This document shows, piece by piece, positions 62,529 through 64,000 of a stretch of DNA of 64,000 nt (position 1 is its first letter; every line of letters starts with the position of its first letter). The position numbers were made by a program, and so were the translations under genes. Source of the DNA: a virus. Taxonomy: Duplodnaviria > Caudoviricetes. Where the stretch lies: IMG/VR virus record IMGVR_UViG_3300027282_000088, positions 18,420 through 82,419 of that record; one strand, 5' to 3'. The notes beneath the pieces were generated by a model that worked only from the letters and a program-made list of their open reading frames with translations, was not told where the DNA came from and searched no databases.

Positions 62529-63077
62529 ATGGCAGATTTCTTTTCCTCGGACGCCGGACAATATGCGAGCATTGCAAAGCAATTCTTAGAGGGCGCTTTG
62601 GTCTTGAACGCTGCACAGCGGGATAGAGGTCGAATCCTATTTCGACCGACTTTGGCACTTGCTGGTCATGGGCTAGAGTTGATGCTCAAAGCGTGTTCCA
62701 ACTTGAATGGCCAGCCGCCACCAACCAAAGGGCGAAAAGGACACGATATCGTAAGCCTATGGGGCACCGACGTATGCGAACCGGTGCGGGGTCACGTTTT
62801 TGCTAATGCACGCCTGGTGGCAGCAGAGGATCGTGCGAACGGTGACTATCCGGACGTTCCTAACGATGATGATATACTGCCGCTTATCGAAGAGTACATC
62901 ATTGCACTCGGCAATCTTCACGGCGGCCTTAGCGGTTACCCACTTCGCTACCCATCTGATCCAAGTCAAAATGCCCCCAGAACACCTTTCTTGATCAAGT
63001 CTCTCTGGGCTACGGCGGACGATTTTGTGAAACGCCCCAACGAATTCGAGCTACGTCGCTTTCGCGGTCAAATATGA
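62529..63077 (+). CDS. HEPN-like domain protein
   Basis: LAGHGLELMLKA ... KGHDI..LW ... LRYP pattern; lower GC. Confidence 0.55.
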   Translation: MADFFSSDAGQYASIAKQFLEGALVLNAAQRDRGRILFRPTLALAGHGLELMLKACSNLNGQPPPTKGRKGHDIVSLWGTDVCEPVRGHVFANARLVAAEDRANGDYPDVPNDDDILPLIEEYIIALGNLHGGLSGYPLRYPSDPSQNAPRTPFLIKSLWATADDFVKRPNEFELRRFRGQI

Positions 63078-63145
63078 TCCCGCCGCGCGAACGGCAAATC
63101 TGACCTCGATCAGTCGAGTCGAGCAATGGAAGGCGCGTGTATGCG

Positions 63146-63745
63146 CTAATCGTTGTCCGCTAACTGATCCCGCAAAAGACCTTGAAGGTATGTATCCAGC
63201 TCGGACACATCAAAATGTCCGGCCTCCCAAGCATCGTCCGCTTTCTTTAGAGCAGCGTAGTAAGGTTCTCGATTTTCCCGAATTCGTTCCGGTACAATTT
63301 TACGTCCAGGCAAGAGACGACCCTGCCTCATACAGATTAGGTAATAGCAAGCTGCTCTCGCGGTTCGTCCGTTTCCTTCGATGAATGGATGAATCCAGTT
63401 TAGCCGCCACAAAGCGTAAGCTGCTAACGTTGTGGGGCTCGTAATCACATCCCAGTTTTCGTGGATCAACGAGAATAATTGATCCATATGTTTTTCAACG
63501 TCACGAAAATGGGGAGGAATGTGGTTTCCTACATATATGGGCCCTTCCCGGTAGCGTCCGCCCAGCTGGCATATATTTGCCACCGCCACATAGTTTAGCG
63601 CCCATAATGTATACTTGTCGAACGCATCAATGCCTTGCTCAAATCCGATCTCGACGCAATTCGTCAATAAATCGTACTGCCGGAGCAGGTTCTGCTCTTG
63701 TACACGCTCAAATAGATGAGGGTATTCTGATTTTCGAAGTGCCAT
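63146..63745 (-). CDS. Fic/Doc family AMP-transferase
   Basis: Canonical HPFIEGNGRTAR motif; likely start MALRKSEYP. Confidence 0.9.
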   Translation of the reverse strand: MALRKSEYPHLFERVQEQNLLRQYDLLTNCVEIGFEQGIDAFDKYTLWALNYVAVANICQLGGRYREGPIYVGNHIPPHFRDVEKHMDQLFSLIHENWDVITSPTTLAAYALWRLNWIHPFIEGNGRTARAACYYLICMRQGRLLPGRKIVPERIRENREPYYAALKKADDAWEAGHFDVSELDTYLQGLLRDQLADND

Positions 63746-63793
63746 TTTACTGTATTCTGGCGGCACCCTAAAAGTGCCGCCACCCTGTAAAGA

Positions 63794-64000
63794 TTATGCG
63801 CGCAGCCGAATACTCTCGCTCGCTCTTTTGACGCTGTCTTTTGTAATCGTATCGTCATTCATTGCGTTGCCAAAAGCAAAGCTCACGCGCTGCTCATGGA
63901 GAACCTCGTCACTCACTTCGACGTCTTGTGTGCGTGCCAGAAGTTGGAGCAGTTCAGCGTCGTCCTCGGAACGGGATAGGAACTGCTTTCTGTTTGCCAT
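63794..64000 (-). CDS. small partner upstream of Fic (candidate antitoxin; may extend past the window edge)
   Basis: 68 aa, EQRVSFAFGN motif, co-oriented with fic. Confidence 0.55.
   Translation of the reverse strand: MANRKQFLSRSEDDAELLQLLARTQDVEVSDEVLHEQRVSFAFGNAMNDDTITKDSVKRASESIRLRA

Noticed and set aside
63214-63222. AATGTCCGG match to 22298 as a boundary repeat
   Set aside because: It lies inside the Fic coding sequence (codons A-G-H-F on the minus strand), so it is probably coincidental.
1-64000. tRNA/rRNA genes, contractile sheath, integrase
   Set aside because: None recognisable by eye; the tail gene set is siphovirus-type and integration is explained by MuA.

Overview
High-GC DNA with an alphaproteobacterial (Rhodobacteraceae-like) look, made almost entirely of Mu-like transposable prophages with non-contractile (siphovirus-type) tails. 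Prophage A (1 to ~19,030) is the right-hand part of one element: the tip of a MuF gene, head and tail genes, and a terminal com operon. A lower-GC three-gene island follows (sce7726-like nuclease, sce7725/Beta-like protein, RES protein; 19,337-22,253). Prophage B starts at a probable left end near 22,396 and is essentially complete: repressor/ner switch, ParB-like gene, MuA, MuB, DUF3164, GapR-like, GemA, Mor/C-like activator, lysis, terminase, portal, MuF, head, tail and the same com operon (to ~61,460). After it come a BLUF gene, a third remnant copy of the com-operon end, a HEPN-like gene and a Fic gene with a small partner. A and B share near-identical capsid, tube and com-operon genes but carry different MuF tips and different tail-tip cassettes. 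The main candidates for undescribed biology are: (1) a com-linked small ORF plus ABC-ATPase/GNAT fusion sitting where Mu has mom; (2) the sce7726-sce7725-RES island as a possible defence system; (3) an Acb2/Tad1-like sponge gene next to a covarying RNA motif in B's head operon; (4) a recurring 11-12 bp tandem DNA motif; (5) layered prophage ends carrying a light sensor. Family assignments come from motifs recognised by eye, not from database searches.
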